From Oscillospiraceae bacterium (GTDB lineage Bacteria; Bacillota; Clostridia; Oscillospirales; CAG-272), in the NCBI GenBank assembly GCA_015063695.1, contig SVTQ01000008.1, positions 5,116-69,115 on the forward strand: a stretch of DNA of 64,000 nt, given 5' to 3'. The translations under genes were made by a program, and so were the position numbers. Below are positions 36,301 through 45,878 of this stretch, in pieces (positions within the stretch are counted from its first letter, which is position 1; each line of letters opens with the position of its first letter). The notes below the pieces were generated by a model, which had not been told where the DNA came from, made no database searches, and was given only the letters and a program-made list of their open reading frames with translations.

Positions 36301-36516
36301 CTTGTATCTGAGGAATACGTCCTTCAGAGTTCTGCCCCAAGCATGGTGAATACCCATGGGGTTGTTTGCGGTGATAGGGCCGTCAATGAAACGGTACTTC
36401 TTACCGTCCTTATTCTTTTCTTTCAGTTTTTCAAAAGATCCCTTTTCTTCCCAAAGTTTAAGCACTTCCTCTTCATTGGCAGAAAAGGAATAGGAAAAAT
36501 CAAATGAGTCCTTCAT
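33382..36516 (-). CDS. ileS: Isoleucine-tRNA ligase, type 2 (eukaryote-like)
   Basis: DGPITAN..GIHH, WTTTPWTL editing site, DWNISR, QIRLWF, type-2 C-terminus; start set to ATG 36516 (GGAGG). Confidence 0.93.
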   Translation of the reverse strand: MKDSFDFSYSFSANEEEVLKLWEEKGSFEKLKEKNKDGKKYRFIDGPITANNPMGIHHAWGRTLKDVFLRYKAMQGYDTHYRNGFDGQGLWVEVEVEKELGFESKKDIEEYGLDKFTDKCIERVKKYSGIITEQSKRLGQWMDWDNSYYTYKDSNITGIWAFLKKCDDNGWIKQVHKPMPWCPRCGTSLSEHEMSGSYKEIEHTAVFIKLPLVEKDAYMLVWTTTPWTLTSNVALAVNPELTYVSMITDEGQKLIMGKTYYKGKFEGKYEIAEEFKGADLVGLHYETCFPEFGIQAGVDHKIVPWEDVLDDEGCGVVHIAPGCGAEDFELGKREGLDVLIPIDEYGIMSAGCGMFAGKSAHDIRDEVFEELKNRGKLFYTHKIVHSYPVCWRCKTEILFRCVKEWAIDVEELRPRLIRNAEKVKWNPPYQGKRMLDWLNNMTDWNISRKRFYGLPLPFYNCEECGHVTVIGSKEELREKAIEKDLVDAIPHLHRPWIDEIHITCPHCGKPVTRVTQVGDVWLDAGIVPFSTLKYFEDKEYWKQYFPAEYVVEMKEQIRLWFYSMLFMSTVLIDEPPYEQVGTYGMVTAEDGSRFSKTGFMIRFDEAADKVGADPSRYIYAAAPITNDVRYGFNLGDGAKRKLLAYWNLSTFFATYAEIDKPKVDLNSIDVSKLCLVDRWLIALVNEFVRRATEAMESYSTKDLVAYYEKVVDDISNFYIRVNRRRFWKVEDTEDKMTAYTVMMYAIKTITQVMAPIIPFMTEHVWQEVVLRYSTESAESVHLTEWPTVMEGVEEFSSVIDSVDEVRNIISLVLKLRNEKQCRIRQPLANLYLCREDGKVEIDEALVSIMLGEVNVKNLVVLENTNALEVKLAGLDFRKAGAFLKGDVNKVKGMLQELDADAMAAVVASIEAGAMVTVPGYDKEMPAELFTLTAVSKPNISIVKDGGYIVSLDMNVTEELLAEGFLRDILRQCQVCRKDADFNVSDSISVYFEAEGKAAEIISANKEYIEAELLASISDAPLASADYTGEIELEIGSVKVQMSRA

Positions 36517-36820
36517 ATATTTCCTCCGAAAATTGTTAATCATATTTATACAAAGTATATTATACCACCCGTAAACTTTAAAATCAATACTTTACTATAA
36601 AATAAAATATATTATATATAACGACAGAAAACTCCTTGACACTTACCCGCATTTAATATAAAATACATATATAATTTCAAAAAAGAAGGGTTTTGCCCAC
36701 GGCAAAACCCCACAAATTCTTTTCTCTTTTCTCAGCTACGCTGACGCTCCGCATAAATTCCACTAACCGATTAAAATTCGAAGTGTCATTTATCTTCACT
36801 CTATTATTGATGCCTTATCA

Positions 36821-37855
36821 TCAATAATAATTCTGTTGTCTCGTTCTTGAAATATTGAGCGGACCTTCGGGAATTACAGAGATATGGTCAAGGGAGAGAC
36901 CCGTGCCGATGGCAACGCAGTCGACCGCCTTGTTGGCAATTCTCGTTTTGATACCCGTAACGTTGTTGATAAGTCTGTCAAGACCGAAGAGCAGGCTTCC
37001 GCCGCCGGTCATAACGATGCCGTTGTAAAGAATGTCTCCGATAAGCTCGGGGGGAGTTCTTTCAATAACACTGCACACAGCTTCAATAACCGCCGTGATA
37101 GGCTCCTCGAGCGCCTCGGGCATTTCAAGGGAAGAAATTCTGACGACCTTAGGAAGGCCCTGAATAAGGCATCTGCCCTTAACGTCGATAACACGGGGCT
37201 CGTCGCGATGCCATGCGCCGCCGACCTTCACCTTGATCTCTTCCGCAGTGCGCTCACCGATGGCAACGTTGTATTTTCTTCTTACGTATCTTATAATAGC
37301 CTCGTCAAACTTGTCTCCCGCAACCTTGATGGATTCGGAAACAACGACGCCGCCGAGAGAAATTACGGCAATATCCGTAGTACCGCCGCCGATGTCAACT
37401 ATCATGTGACCGTTGGGAGTGGAAATGTCGATGCCTGCGCCGATAGCCGCCGCCACGGGCTCTTCGATAAGATAAGTCTTCTTTGCGCCCGCCTGATTTG
37501 CGGCATCAAGAACCGCTCTCTCTTCAACCTCGGTGATACCGCTGGGAACGCAGATGATAACTCTGGGCTGCCAGAACAGATTGAAGGAGCCGCCGCAGGC
37601 TCTCTTGATAAAGTGCTGTATCATTCTCAGCGTTACCTCGTACTGGCTGATAACGCCGTCGCGAAGAGGTCTGAGAGCTATTATGTTACCGGGAGTTCTG
37701 CCCAGCATCTGCTGCGCTTCCCTGCCTATTTTAAGTATGTTACCGGTATCACGGTCAATGGCAACTACGGAAGGCTCTTTCATTACGATGCCTTTGCCCT
37801 TTACGTACACAAGGACCGTCGCAGTTCCAAGGTCTATACCTATATCTTTACGCAT
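36821..37855 (-). CDS. mreB: MreB/Mbl-family actin-like protein (stand-alone paralogue)
   Basis: GIDLGTA, EPSVVA, IEEPVAAAIGAG, DIGGGTT, TGGGSLL; no mreCD next to it. Confidence 0.88.
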   Translation of the reverse strand: MRKDIGIDLGTATVLVYVKGKGIVMKEPSVVAIDRDTGNILKIGREAQQMLGRTPGNIIALRPLRDGVISQYEVTLRMIQHFIKRACGGSFNLFWQPRVIICVPSGITEVEERAVLDAANQAGAKKTYLIEEPVAAAIGAGIDISTPNGHMIVDIGGGTTDIAVISLGGVVVSESIKVAGDKFDEAIIRYVRRKYNVAIGERTAEEIKVKVGGAWHRDEPRVIDVKGRCLIQGLPKVVRISSLEMPEALEEPITAVIEAVCSVIERTPPELIGDILYNGIVMTGGGSLLFGLDRLINNVTGIKTRIANKAVDCVAIGTGLSLDHISVIPEGPLNISRTRQQNYY

Positions 37856-38138
37856 TGTTACTCCTTTTCTGTGGTTTCTCTATATAATAAACCAAAACTC
37901 AGTGGTATTTTCGCATTACATATTCCTGCAACCTATATTTTAACACATTCCCTCTTTTTTTGCAACCTCTTTTTTTGACAAAAAACTAAAAAGGTGAACG
38001 CCTTTATCGTCATTTGCATAAATCCTGCAGAGCATTCTGAAAAATTCCGCAAGTGTTCACACAAACTTCACTTAAACAGATTATAATTGCTATAATAAAT
38101 TAATATACGAATTCATAAGTATCAGGGAGGACTGAACT

Positions 38139-39242
38139 TTGATAGAAATCAAAAATCTCACAAAGAAGTACGGTTCCTTTACCGCTGTAAAGGATCTGAG
38201 CTTCACCATTGAAAAGGGCCATATCTACGGCCTTCTCGGCCCCAACGGCGCGGGTAAATCCACCACCATGAACATAATGACGGGATGTCTTGCGGCAACG
38301 GAAGGCTCCGTTACCGTCAACGGCTGCGATATCTACGAAGAGGCAAAGAAGGCGAAGAAAGCAATAGGCTACCTTCCCGAAATTCCCCCTCTCTATATCG
38401 ACATGACACCCTATGAATACCTCGTTTTCGTAGGAAGAGCAAAGGGTATCCCCTCAAAAGACCTTGAGAAATCCGTCACCGAGGTTATGGAAAAAACAGG
38501 AATTACCGAAGTGGCAGACAGACTTATAAAGAACCTCTCCAAGGGCTACAAGCAGAGAGTGGGCATCGCTCAAGCTATTCTCGGGAACCCGGAAATAATC
38601 ATTCTCGACGAGCCTACGGTAGGTCTTGACCCCAATCAGCTCGTTGAAGTGAGAAACCTTATCCGCTCCCTGAGGGATGACCACGCGGTGATCCTCTCCA
38701 GTCATATCATGGGCGAGATAACCGCCGTTTGCGACTACGTAATAATGATAGCAAACGGAAAAATAGTAAAGCAGGGCACCCTTGAAGAGCTTGAAGGAAG
38801 CACAAATTCGAACACAATTACCATTGAATCAAGAGGCTCCGCTTCACTTCTCGAAGCGTCAGTAAACGCCCTCGACGGCGTAAAGTACAGCCGCTTTACG
38901 GAAACGGGAACTACCGTCAAGGCAGTTATAGAAACAAAGAAGGGCACAGACGTCAGAGAAGAGCTGTTCTATATTTACGCAGACCTTAAGGCTCCTATTC
39001 TCTCCATGACAAGCTCCTCGGTAAGCCTTGAAGACCTCTTCATCAGACTTACAAGAGAAGCGGAAAAGGCTGACAAAAGCGAAGAAAAGCCCCGCAGCGA
39101 AAAGAAAATTTTCACACCCTCTCCCTTAGGACAGGCATATATTGAAGAAAACCCGGAAATTTCCGAAAATAAACCCGAAGAAGAAAACGAAGCCGAAGAA
39201 TACACATCACTTTTCGGCGAAAGCGAAGGAGGCGAAGAATAA
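38139..39242 (+). CDS. ABC transporter ATP-binding protein (GldA-like)
   Basis: GPNGAGKST, LSKGYKQR, ILDEPT. Confidence 0.9.
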   Translation: MIEIKNLTKKYGSFTAVKDLSFTIEKGHIYGLLGPNGAGKSTTMNIMTGCLAATEGSVTVNGCDIYEEAKKAKKAIGYLPEIPPLYIDMTPYEYLVFVGRAKGIPSKDLEKSVTEVMEKTGITEVADRLIKNLSKGYKQRVGIAQAILGNPEIIILDEPTVGLDPNQLVEVRNLIRSLRDDHAVILSSHIMGEITAVCDYVIMIANGKIVKQGTLEELEGSTNSNTITIESRGSASLLEASVNALDGVKYSRFTETGTTVKAVIETKKGTDVREELFYIYADLKAPILSMTSSSVSLEDLFIRLTREAEKADKSEEKPRSEKKIFTPSPLGQAYIEENPEISENKPEEENEAEEYTSLFGESEGGEE

Positions 39243-39243
39243 T

Positions 39244-40107
39244 ATGGGCGCAGTATACAGAAAAGAACTGAAAAGCTCTCTCTGCAACATGACGGGAGTA
39301 ATATTTATCGCATACGTGCTCTTGTGGTTCGGCATCTACACCGTTGCCGTCAACCTCATGAGCGGCGTTTCACAGTTTGAATACACAGTTTCAAGCGCAG
39401 GCTTTATATCTCTTCTTGCCCTTCCCGTTCTCACCATGAGAAGCTTCGCGGAGGAAAAGAGCAACAAAACGGACCAGCTTCTCTATTCCCTTCCCATAAG
39501 CACAACGTCTGTTGTTATCTCCAAATTCCTCGCCATGGCAACTGTTTTTGCAGTACCCGTTGTCATCGCAGGCTTTTATCCCTTTATCCTCTCCCTCTAC
39601 GGAACGGTCTATCTCAACACCGCATATTCAACCCTTATAGCATACTACTTCCTCGGCTGTTCCCTCATTTCCGTGGGAATGTTCATTTCCTCGGTAACCG
39701 ACAGCCAGGTCATAGCTGCAGTGCTCAATATCGGCGCTATCATCCTTATATACTTTATGTCCTCCATCGCAGGGCTCTTCTCCTCAGCGGCATCCGTCTC
39801 CCTCGTATGCGTTATCGCGGCAGCACTTATTGTGGCGTATATCTCCTACGTTCTCACTAAGAACGCAGTTGTGGGCGTGTCCGTGGGCGCAGTTCTCGCG
39901 GGAGCTGCAGGCATCACCTATGCAGTGAAGTCCTCCCTCTTTGAAAACCTCTTCCCCGAGACCCTCGAGGCTCTTGACGTTTTCTCAAGAACCAACTCCT
40001 TCGTTAACGGCATCTTCGACCTTCCTGCAATTATTTTCTATCTCAGCGTGACCGTGTTCTTCGGATTTCTTACAGTCCAGTCCATGGAAAAGAAGCGTTG
40101 GAACTGA
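39244..40107 (+). CDS. ABC-2 permease (GldF-like)
   Basis: Multiple TM helices, TMRSFAEEK..TDQLL; start set to ATG 39244. Confidence 0.85.
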   Translation: MGAVYRKELKSSLCNMTGVIFIAYVLLWFGIYTVAVNLMSGVSQFEYTVSSAGFISLLALPVLTMRSFAEEKSNKTDQLLYSLPISTTSVVISKFLAMATVFAVPVVIAGFYPFILSLYGTVYLNTAYSTLIAYYFLGCSLISVGMFISSVTDSQVIAAVLNIGAIILIYFMSSIAGLFSSAASVSLVCVIAAALIVAYISYVLTKNAVVGVSVGAVLAGAAGITYAVKSSLFENLFPETLEALDVFSRTNSFVNGIFDLPAIIFYLSVTVFFGFLTVQSMEKKRWN

Positions 40108-40126
40108 TAAAGGAGGTACTTAACTT

Positions 40127-41590
40127 ATGAAACTCAACAGAAAAACACTTAAAATAGGCTCCTTTACTCTCGTTTCAACGGCAGTTGTTCTTGCGGTCCT
40201 TATCTTCGTGAACCTCTTCGTAGCCGAGCTTCCCCGAAACCTCACCTATTTTGACACGACTCCCGGCAAGGTCTACACTCTCAGTGAGGACAGCCTCACC
40301 TTCCTTGAAGGCGTTAACTCTCCCATCAATATTTATATGATAGCGGAAAGCGGAGCTGAGTCCTCTCAGTCCATTCAGATAACCGCGTTCATCGAAAAAT
40401 ATGCAGAGGCAAATAAAAATATCACCTTTAGTACCGTTGACCCCATTCTCCATCCCGATTTCACAACAAAGTATACTACGGAAACTCTCACTCAGAATTC
40501 CGTGATCGTTGAAAGTGAAACAAGAAACAGGATCATCGACGGCGGAGCGTGGTATATGTATGAAACCGATATGGGCTCCTTTGATGCCGCAACCTACCAG
40601 ATGTACTACAACTACGGCTACTTTGACGGCACAGACCCCTTCCTTTTCTACGGAGAAATGAACCTGACAGGTGCCATCGACTACGTAACTGCAACGGATA
40701 TTCCCAAAGCTTACGTTCTCACAGGCCACGGCGAAAAAGAAATAACAGCGCCTTTCCTCGGCTACATCGACAAAGAGAATATCGAATACGAAAGCTTCTC
40801 TCTTATGACGGGCGACGGCTCCATCCCCGAGGATGCTGACATCATCATCATTAACGTTCCCACCACCGACTTCCGCGAGGAAGAATGTAACACCCTCGTT
40901 GAATACTTCCGCGGCGGCGGCAATATCATTCTCACAACAGCCTATAACTACTTCTCAAAGGCCCTCACTCCCAACCTTGCGGCAGCTCTTGAAAAGATGG
41001 GTCTTACCTCCACCGACGGTATCATCGTTGAAGGCTCAACTTCAAACTACTATCAGTACCCCACCTATATTATCCCGAAGACCCAAAACGAGTGCCCCTA
41101 TTCCCTTGAAGCGCTCAGCGGCAAGCAGATGTTCACACCCTATGCCCACGGCATCGAAAAGGTTAAGGAAACGTCTTCTGCCGTTTACGCCCTTTTCTCC
41201 ACAAGCGACAAGGCATATCTCAAGACAGACCCCTCAAGCTCCGAGACCTTCGATAAGGAAGAGGGCGATGTTGACGGACCTTTCCTCGTAGGTGCCATGG
41301 CATCCCCCGCAGGCTCCGATTCCTCAGCAGGTCTTATCTGGATATCAACTCCCCTTCTCCTTGAAAGTGACTATGACCTTGGCGGCAACTCCGTATTCTT
41401 CGCGGAGACCCTCAAGTGGATGGCTGACAAGGAAACCGGAATCTCCATTCTCGGTGTCGACATGAATTCCGAAATGCTCATGGTAACTGAAGGCTCCGTT
41501 ATCGGCTGGGGCGCCGCTCTCGTTATAGGCCTTCCCCTTATCATCCTTGTAGCAGGACTTTACGTCTGGATCTCAAGACGTAAAAGATAA
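40127..41590 (+). CDS. GldG-like ABC auxiliary protein
   Basis: N- and C-terminal TM helices, YTLSE, LTGHGE, C-terminal RRKR. Confidence 0.8.
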   Translation: MKLNRKTLKIGSFTLVSTAVVLAVLIFVNLFVAELPRNLTYFDTTPGKVYTLSEDSLTFLEGVNSPINIYMIAESGAESSQSIQITAFIEKYAEANKNITFSTVDPILHPDFTTKYTTETLTQNSVIVESETRNRIIDGGAWYMYETDMGSFDAATYQMYYNYGYFDGTDPFLFYGEMNLTGAIDYVTATDIPKAYVLTGHGEKEITAPFLGYIDKENIEYESFSLMTGDGSIPEDADIIIINVPTTDFREEECNTLVEYFRGGGNIILTTAYNYFSKALTPNLAAALEKMGLTSTDGIIVEGSTSNYYQYPTYIIPKTQNECPYSLEALSGKQMFTPYAHGIEKVKETSSAVYALFSTSDKAYLKTDPSSSETFDKEEGDVDGPFLVGAMASPAGSDSSAGLIWISTPLLLESDYDLGGNSVFFAETLKWMADKETGISILGVDMNSEMLMVTEGSVIGWGAALVIGLPLIILVAGLYVWISRRKR

Positions 41591-41608
41591 AAGCGGAGGC
41601 AAGAGAAA

Positions 41609-42643
41609 GTGACAGATAAAAAGAAACTGATTACGACCGTAGCTCTCCTTTGTACTCTTGCTGTTTTCCTTGTAGGCTTTCTCGTTATGAAAAACTATAA
41701 CGAAAATAATGAAGTACCCGGGGAGACCACCGAGGAAACCTCAGTTAAGGTAACTGAATTCAAAGCTGATGAGCTTACAAACCTCAGCTACGTTTTCGAA
41801 GGAAACGAGTACTCCTTCACAAGAAATACCGACACCACCTGGTCTCTCGATACCGACGAGCTCTTCCCCGTTAAGGACAACACTGTTGACATAATGGCAA
41901 CAAAGCTTTCGGGAATCGAAGCGGAAAAGACCGTTGAAAACGGGGACGTTGAGTCCTTCGGATTTGACGCTCCTTACCTCACCGTAAAGGGTAAATACTC
42001 CGACGGCACAACGGTCGAATTCATCTTCGGCAAAACAAATCCCTTCAACGAGCTTGTATATCTTAAGGACGTAAAAAGCGGAAAGATATATATGGCAGAG
42101 TCCACGGTAATGTCTCCCTTCAAGGTTGCTCTCACAGACCTTATACAGACAGATAAGCTTCCCTCCGACATTTCCGATGACTTTGTAAACTCCCTTACTA
42201 TTACCGACGAAGCGGGCACCTCAAAAGCTATTAACCCCGAAATGGGAATGCACCTTACCGAGGCAATGGAGCTTTTCTACAAGCTTGAATTTCCCGCTTC
42301 AAACTGCAAATATACCACCGAAGAGGGTCTTGCAGACTACGGCATCGGAAAAAGTCAGGCAAAGGTCGAGCTTTCCTACAAATCCCCCGAAACAATTATT
42401 AATGAAGACGGCACCTCCTCCACAGTACAGGTTGATACCGACTATAAAATAATCTTCGGTGACAGCTGGGTGAGAGAGGAAACTCTTGAGGACGAAGACG
42501 GCGAGCCTTACGTTGAAAAGACCGTGTTCTACTACTACACCACCCCCGGCTCCACCATCGTTTACAGTATAAACGAAAACGATTACGAAAAGCTTATGCA
42601 CTACGTCGGAATGACCGACGACGAGCTTTACGACGTGGACTGA
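41609..42643 (+). CDS. DUF4340-like membrane-anchored protein
   Basis: N-terminal TM, FGFDAP motif, position after gldG-like gene. Confidence 0.7.
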   Translation: MTDKKKLITTVALLCTLAVFLVGFLVMKNYNENNEVPGETTEETSVKVTEFKADELTNLSYVFEGNEYSFTRNTDTTWSLDTDELFPVKDNTVDIMATKLSGIEAEKTVENGDVESFGFDAPYLTVKGKYSDGTTVEFIFGKTNPFNELVYLKDVKSGKIYMAESTVMSPFKVALTDLIQTDKLPSDISDDFVNSLTITDEAGTSKAINPEMGMHLTEAMELFYKLEFPASNCKYTTEEGLADYGIGKSQAKVELSYKSPETIINEDGTSSTVQVDTDYKIIFGDSWVREETLEDEDGEPYVEKTVFYYYTTPGSTIVYSINENDYEKLMHYVGMTDDELYDVD

Positions 42644-42658
42644 GAAAGGATATTAAAA

Positions 42659-43114
42659 ATGATCTACGATAAGATAACAAATCTTGAATTTTACGCCCCC
42701 TTTGACAAGAGATTTCTCACAGTTTCCAAATGGATAAAGGAAACAGATATCGACGCCCTTGAGGACGGCTCCTATGAGCTTGGCGAAGGAATTCTCGCAA
42801 ACGTTTCCGAATACGAACCTCTTAAGGAAGAGATAAGCTACGAGGGACACAAAAAATATGCCGACCTTCAGTACCTCCACCGCGGCGACGAGCTTATCGA
42901 ATGGGCACCCATCGATGAGATAGAAGACCTCTCCGACTACGTCGAGGAATACGACTTCCACGGTACAATGAAGAGCGGAAAGACACATCTTACCCTCACC
43001 GTTGACGAAGGCTCCTTCGCATACTTCGCCCCCTGTGATCTCCACCGCCCCGGCCTGTGGAGAAACGCCGATAAAGTAAAAAAGGTAGTGTTCAAGCTTC
43101 CCGTAATTGACTAA
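42659..43114 (+). CDS. YhcH/YjgK/YiaL-family protein
   Basis: EGHKKYADLQY, FAPCDLHRP, KKVVFK. Confidence 0.88.
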   Translation: MIYDKITNLEFYAPFDKRFLTVSKWIKETDIDALEDGSYELGEGILANVSEYEPLKEEISYEGHKKYADLQYLHRGDELIEWAPIDEIEDLSDYVEEYDFHGTMKSGKTHLTLTVDEGSFAYFAPCDLHRPGLWRNADKVKKVVFKLPVID

Positions 43115-43150
43115 ATGAACATAAAAAAGCTCTCGGTACCCCGAGAGCTT

Positions 43151-43382
43151 CAGACTGAAGACAAACTCGGTATAACGCAGAAGTGAGCAGAAGAATTTGC
43201 ATAAAGCAAATATTTCTTGATGAAATCATCTGATATTGAAAAGGCGGGCGAAAGCCCGCCACATCTGCTTTTGGCGAGTTTTTCCCTCTACCATAGACAA
43301 CTATGCCGACGAGGAAAAAATCGCCAAATCTACCTTCGTTTCTCTCAGTCTCACTCAGAGTGTAGACTTTGTCTACACTCTG
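43151..43382 (+). mobile_element. MITE copy 4 with 24-bp target duplication
   Basis: AAGCTCTCGGTACC(C/A)CGAGAGCTT at 43127-43150 and 43383-43406. Confidence 0.85.
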
Positions 43383-43445
43383 AAGCTCTCGGTACCACGA
43401 GAGCTTTTTTATGATATACAAACAGTAACAACCGACCAACACACA

Positions 43446-43773
43446 GCCTTCTCCTGAGGGAGAAGGGGGACCACGGCGGGGTCCCCAAGTTAGCCCTGCT
43501 GACTTGGGGTTCTCGCGTAGTGGTGGATGAGGAGTAGCGCAAATACAACAGAAAACTACATCATCACCATAGAAACAACCGGCCAACATCCACCCGTAGG
43601 GGTCGGCGCCCCCGACGAGAACCCCAAAAATCATAAAGATTTTTGAGGACCCCTGCCGACGAGAACCCCAAAAATCATAAAGATTTTTGAGGACCCCTGC
43701 CGACGACCCGTCGCCCTTCACCGCCTTCATCAAACTATATCTTTTACCCGTAGGGGCGAGCATCGCTCGTCCG
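43446..43773. repeat. Cluster of nested palindromic repeats (double-hairpin repeat, GAGAACCCC units, two GTAG REPs)
   Basis: GAGAACCCC unit at 43478-43514 inside a double-hairpin repeat; two 44-bp units (43617-43704) inside REP 43596-43710; REP at 43750-43773. Confidence 0.8.
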
Positions 43774-43776
43774 CTT

Positions 43777-44643
43777 TTAACCCTTTCGCCTCAGATACAT
43801 CATCTTATTTATCTCTGCCCCGAGAAGGATAATATACATACAAAAATAGAGCCACAGCATAAGAAAAACGACCGCCCCAAGGCTCCCGTAAACGTAGGAG
43901 GAGCGCGGAAAATATCTGATATATAAAGAATAAAAGAAGGAAAAAAGAAGCCATCCTGCGGCGGAAAACAACGCTCCCGGAAGCTGTGCCCTCAGCTTTT
44001 CGGGACAGCATTCCGAGGTCTTCCGCTCCCTTTTGAAAAAGAAGACCCCTTTGGTAACAACAAAATAAAGAAGAGAAAAATACAGTGTCAGAAAGAAGGC
44101 AAAAAGCAGATATTTAAACCTGAAGAGAGAGGAATATTCATCGAACATTTTAACAAGGGGAAATATGCCGCCGAATACGAAAAAGAGGACTGTGGCGGTA
44201 ATTATGGCAACAAAAAGAGCCGTGTAAATAAGAGATAGAATGAGAGTGTAAATAAAAGTCCCCTTCATTCTCACCCTGTACACCTCGGAAACTCCGCGCA
44301 TCACTGCCCTTATCCCCCTGGAAGCGCTCCAAAGCGCCGCCGCAGCTGCCGTTGATACTATCGGAATATCCGCACTTTGTGAAGCCTCGGTGAAAACAAA
44401 ATCAAGAACGCCCGATGCCTCCCTCGGCAGAACGTCATGCAAAACTTCGGCAAGCTCGGGAACAAGATCGGGAGAAAAAAGACGGATAAGAAGAATGAGA
44501 AGAATAACGAAGGGAATGGCGGAAATACATATATAAAAGGCGGTCTGCGCCGCATACACCGTCACCCTGTCCTCGTGAAGAGTGTCCGCTATGCGCCGAA
44601 TTCTTTTAATAATGGGCGAGAGCGCCACAACCGAACTTTTCAT
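43777..44643 (-). CDS. YihY/BrkB-family membrane protein
   Basis: YAAQTAFY..S.IPF, LWSASRG, YGSLGAVVFLMLWLY, LGAEIN; start set to ATG 44643. Confidence 0.88.
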   Translation of the reverse strand: MKSSVVALSPIIKRIRRIADTLHEDRVTVYAAQTAFYICISAIPFVILLILLIRLFSPDLVPELAEVLHDVLPREASGVLDFVFTEASQSADIPIVSTAAAAALWSASRGIRAVMRGVSEVYRVRMKGTFIYTLILSLIYTALFVAIITATVLFFVFGGIFPLVKMFDEYSSLFRFKYLLFAFFLTLYFSLLYFVVTKGVFFFKRERKTSECCPEKLRAQLPGALFSAAGWLLFSFFYSLYIRYFPRSSYVYGSLGAVVFLMLWLYFCMYIILLGAEINKMMYLRRKG

Positions 44644-44745
44644 ATTAAACTCCAAAACCTGAAATATTACCGTTCTATATATTATGCTCATTTATTTCCG
44701 CAAATTACGCACTTTTCAGAGATAGAGATAAACCTCACCGCTTTG

Positions 44746-44774
44746 TTGACTTAAAAGCATTTTTCTGCTATAAT
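44746..44774 (+). promoter_or_regulatory. Sigma-A promoter of nfo
   Basis: TTGACT-17bp-TATAAT. Confidence 0.75.
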
Positions 44775-44826
44775 TTATATAGATAATATAGATAAAAACT
44801 ACTCAAAGCGACCAACATCAGCACAG

Positions 44827-44851
44827 GTAGGGGAGGGGTTTACTCCTCCCG
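44827..44851 (+). repeat. GTAG-type REP in the nfo 5' UTR
   Basis: GTAGGGGAGGGGTTTACTCCTCCCG. Confidence 0.7.
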
Positions 44852-44880
44852 ATATATTAAATCTAACAAACGAGGTTATT

Positions 44881-45720
44881 ATGTTTTATATAGGATGTCA
44901 TCTTTCAGTCAGCGGCGGCTACGAGCACATGGGCAAAGAAGCCCTCAGCATAGGCGCCAACACCTTTCAGTATTTCACAAAAAATCCGAGGGGCAGAGGC
45001 TCAAAGGAGCCAACACCCGAGGATGTGGCGGCACTTGTGAAGCTTCTTGAAGAGAACAACTTTGCGCCGCCCCTTGCCCACGCACCCTACACCTACAACC
45101 CCGCATCAAAGGACGAAAATATCCGTGAATATACCACGGAAGCAATGGCAAAGGAGCTTCGTTTCCTTGAGGCTATCCCCGGCGCTCTCTACAATTTCCA
45201 CCCCGGATGCCACGTAGGTCAGGGACTTGAAGTGGGAATTCAGTATATTGCAGACCTTCTCAACACCATCCTCACTCCCGACCAGAATACCACCGTCCTC
45301 CTTGAGACTATGGCAGGAAAAGGCACGGAGATAGGCTCAAAATTTGAGGAACTGAGAGCTATAATCGACCTTGTAAACGAGGACGTGAGAGGCAAGGTGG
45401 GAGTATGCCTTGACACCTGCCACGTCAGCGACGCAGGCTACGATATAGCAGGTGACCCCGATGCAGTTTTTGCAGAGTTTGACCGTATCGTCGGCCTTGA
45501 CAGACTGAAGGCGATCCATATCAACGACTCCAAAAATCCTCTCGGCGCCCATAAGGACAGACACGAAAAAATAGGAGACGGCTTCCTCGGCATCGAAGGC
45601 TTTGATAAAATAATCAACTGCAAGGCCGTAAAGCACCTTCCCTTCTACCTTGAAACACCAAACGAAGTCGACGGCTACGCAAAGGAGATCGCCCTTCTTA
45701 AGTCTATGAGAAAAGAATAA
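44881..45720 (+). CDS. nfo: Endonuclease IV
   Basis: HAPY, HPG, LLETMAGKG, CLDTCH, HINDSK, DRHE, LETP. Confidence 0.95.
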   Translation: MFYIGCHLSVSGGYEHMGKEALSIGANTFQYFTKNPRGRGSKEPTPEDVAALVKLLEENNFAPPLAHAPYTYNPASKDENIREYTTEAMAKELRFLEAIPGALYNFHPGCHVGQGLEVGIQYIADLLNTILTPDQNTTVLLETMAGKGTEIGSKFEELRAIIDLVNEDVRGKVGVCLDTCHVSDAGYDIAGDPDAVFAEFDRIVGLDRLKAIHINDSKNPLGAHKDRHEKIGDGFLGIEGFDKIINCKAVKHLPFYLETPNEVDGYAKEIALLKSMRKE

Positions 45721-45790
45721 AAATTACGGCAAAAGCTCCACTGCCGTAAAACAGCTTCACTCCCGAAAGTTCATTCTATCGGGAGTGTTA

Positions 45791-45819
45791 TTGCATAAAT
45801 AGTTGCTGTGTGTTATAAT
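45791..45819 (+). promoter_or_regulatory. Sigma-A promoter of the NUDIX gene
   Basis: TTGCAT-17bp-TATAAT. Confidence 0.65.
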
Positions 45820-45878
45820 GTGATAGGATAATACTAACAGTTTGATAAACTTGAATTTAGTTAATAGGTGGTGATATA

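Noticed and set aside
34999-36507. Long antisense ORFs (also 25256, 36884, 48342, 59240, 62889 and others)
   Set aside because: Shadow frames opposite well-supported genes, with no recognisable motifs.
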